Shown one piece after another: positions 62,310-64,000 of a stretch of 64,000 nucleotides of DNA. Origin of the DNA: Psammoneis japonica (lineage: Eukaryota); the NCBI GenBank assembly GCA_008632985.1, contig QPGO01000284.1, forward strand, positions 1 through 64,000, given 5' to 3'. The position numbers and the translations under genes were made by a program. Positions within the stretch are counted from its first letter, which is position 1; the number at the start of each line of letters is the position of its first letter. The notes under the pieces were generated by a model. The model was not told the DNA's origin, did no database searches, and worked only from the letters and a program-made list of their open reading frames with translations.

Positions 62310-64000
62310 CTACAAGCAATAGCAAGTCAAGCCACGATATCCAACATTTGATTCTCCAATCAATTTGGCTTCTCCTGTACGCTTGTTGATCTTGATCAAT
62401 GATGACGGCCATGTTTCCCCATTTTCGTTGATGCCGCCAAAAAGGTCTCCGTCTGGTCCTATATCCGTACTACCGAAGTTGTTCACTCTCGTAGGCTCTT
62501 GGCTAGTAACATTGGCAATGAACGTTGCTCTCCCCGATTCCATATCCAGCGTTACTAACTCGGAGTGACTGTTTCCGCCGGATACGCCAAACAAGTCACC
62601 TGATCCCAAATCGTATGTGAGACCAGGAAGGGATTCCATTCCTGTTGGACCGATGACTTTGAAAGTGGATTTGATAGAATCCTGCAATGCTAAAAAAGAG
62701 TTTCGTGGATTGGTTTTTCGTTTTACCCATGTCCCGAAAAGCCCCGAGTTTTCCACGAATTCTAATCCCGATATAGGGCCCCTGATATGGGGAGGTTCAA
62801 ACTGAACGAGGGATGCGTCCGAAGCATTGACTTGACTTATTACAGAGCCACCGCACTTCTCATTCAAAACGATGTTCTTGCCCTCGTCGTATATTATTTC
62901 CGCAGAACATGTTGGGAGTCGTCCAACGAATTGACTTTGACCGGTATGAGGATCAACAATGAAGAGATTGTTTTTGTCAGAAGCGTAGAACCTGTTACCG
63001 CAAAGAGCGGAAATCTTCTCTCTGTCAACTTGTCGGACACATTTCATGATACTCTTTTGTGATTTCTTTGAGTAACTCCGTGCTGTCGGTGCTTTCCTGA
63101 GTTTCCTTTGGCGACCCTGCACACAACCCGTGAAACTGTAATCTTCCCCTTCGGCAACTCTCATGCGTGTCCGTTTGTCGCACTTCTTCAAAACGCCCGG
63201 CAAGAGGTCGCCGATTGAGCACCCATCTTCCGTCACAGTTACGTCTGACACACCGCTATCACAATCTTGAATTTTGACAGTCGTATCCAATTTTGTGAAG
63301 GGGCACCTATCACAGGCTTCGCCAACGCCATCTCCATCTACATCTGGAGAGAATATTCGGATCTCGTAAGCTGCTTCCTCCTCTTCGTCCTCAGGTACAC
63401 CCGCGTTATCAAAAACCCCAACCACGTACTGTCCTGTGAACGGAAGGGCTCTGATGTTGAGCTGAGCATCTCTAAATGGAGCATCTTCGCCACCGCAGGA
63501 TTCAGGTGGTTCAAGCTCGTCATCTCCTGATCCCACAATCACGCCAGTGTTGAAGAAGAGGTAGAAGGCTGGATCCATGCCGCAGCTTATTCGAGTTACA
63601 TTGATCTGAACCTCACGTCCTGCTTGTAGGTCTACTGACCAGTAATTCCAAAGATTAGGATCTCCAAGCGACCGAAAGGGCACTTCGCCAACATCAGGGC
63701 TTCCATCACAACCCGTAATAACACCCTCGAATGCAATTCTCGTTTCATTGGTCTATTTTTTTTTTAGCGAGAGAGGCGCGAGACTAGTGATGAGCTTTAT
63801 GTCGAGCAAAAGGAGTAGCCATAGTTCGAGTTTGGTCTTACCTCTTGTGCAGGCGACTCCTGCGGTGGCGCCATCGGCAATGGCTTGAGATAATCAGGAT
63901 GCCATGATGTCGGCGTTTCATCACAGGCATCGCCAATGCCATTCCCATCCGAATCTGGGGAGTTTACTCGGATCTCGTATGAGGCTTCCTCCTCATCATC
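62310..64000 (-). CDS. 3' part of a probable secreted protein: repeated [PPC-like beta domain + DxDGDG Ca-binding/TSP3-like] modules and a C-terminal beta-propeller-like domain; intron 63841-63753
   Basis: EEEAAYEIRIFSPDVDGDGVGEACD and EEEASYEIRVNSPDSDGNGIGDACD repeats; DPAFYLF...GDD; GLTYD..GDLFG and DIGPDGDLFG blades. A phase-0 gtaag...tag intron joins the frames. Gene starts beyond the window. Confidence 0.8.

Noticed and set aside
1..64000. Alternative genetic code (Tyr or stop reassignment)
   Set aside because: The two host genes use Tyr and TAG stops normally, and TA loss also affects non-coding MITEs.

Overview
Eukaryotic, most likely diatom, DNA (CoDi-type Copia, Ambal-like LINE, short GT-AG introns); species not determinable. 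Bases 1 to ~59,190 are a nested graveyard of transposons: a CRE-type endonuclease fragment, two Harbinger/PIF transposases, an Ambal-like LINE, a 5'-truncated Copia, Plavaka-like transposases, 10 copies of a ~350-396-bp MITE with 4-bp TSDs, a 3-copy dispersed repeat and a 17/20-bp modular satellite with a 1,320-bp higher-order repeat. The last ~4.8 kb is ordinary gene space with a GRK-like RGS-kinase (1-bp frameshift in DFG) and the 3' part of a repeat/beta-propeller gene. The main signal is that the whole repeat domain has had TpA almost erased by directional TA->TG / TA->CA transitions (A->G in TpA on either strand), the reverse of fungal RIP. Conserved Tyr codons now read Cys or His, TAA/TAG stops have largely gone (hence ORFs in all six frames), and a GTAAG splice donor reads GCAAG. 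Young MITE copies keep their TAs while old copies have lost them, and the effect stops sharply ~360 bp upstream of the first host gene. This looks like a repeat-targeted adenine hypermutation (genome defence) process; no gene for it is identifiable in this window. All counts and alignments were done by eye.
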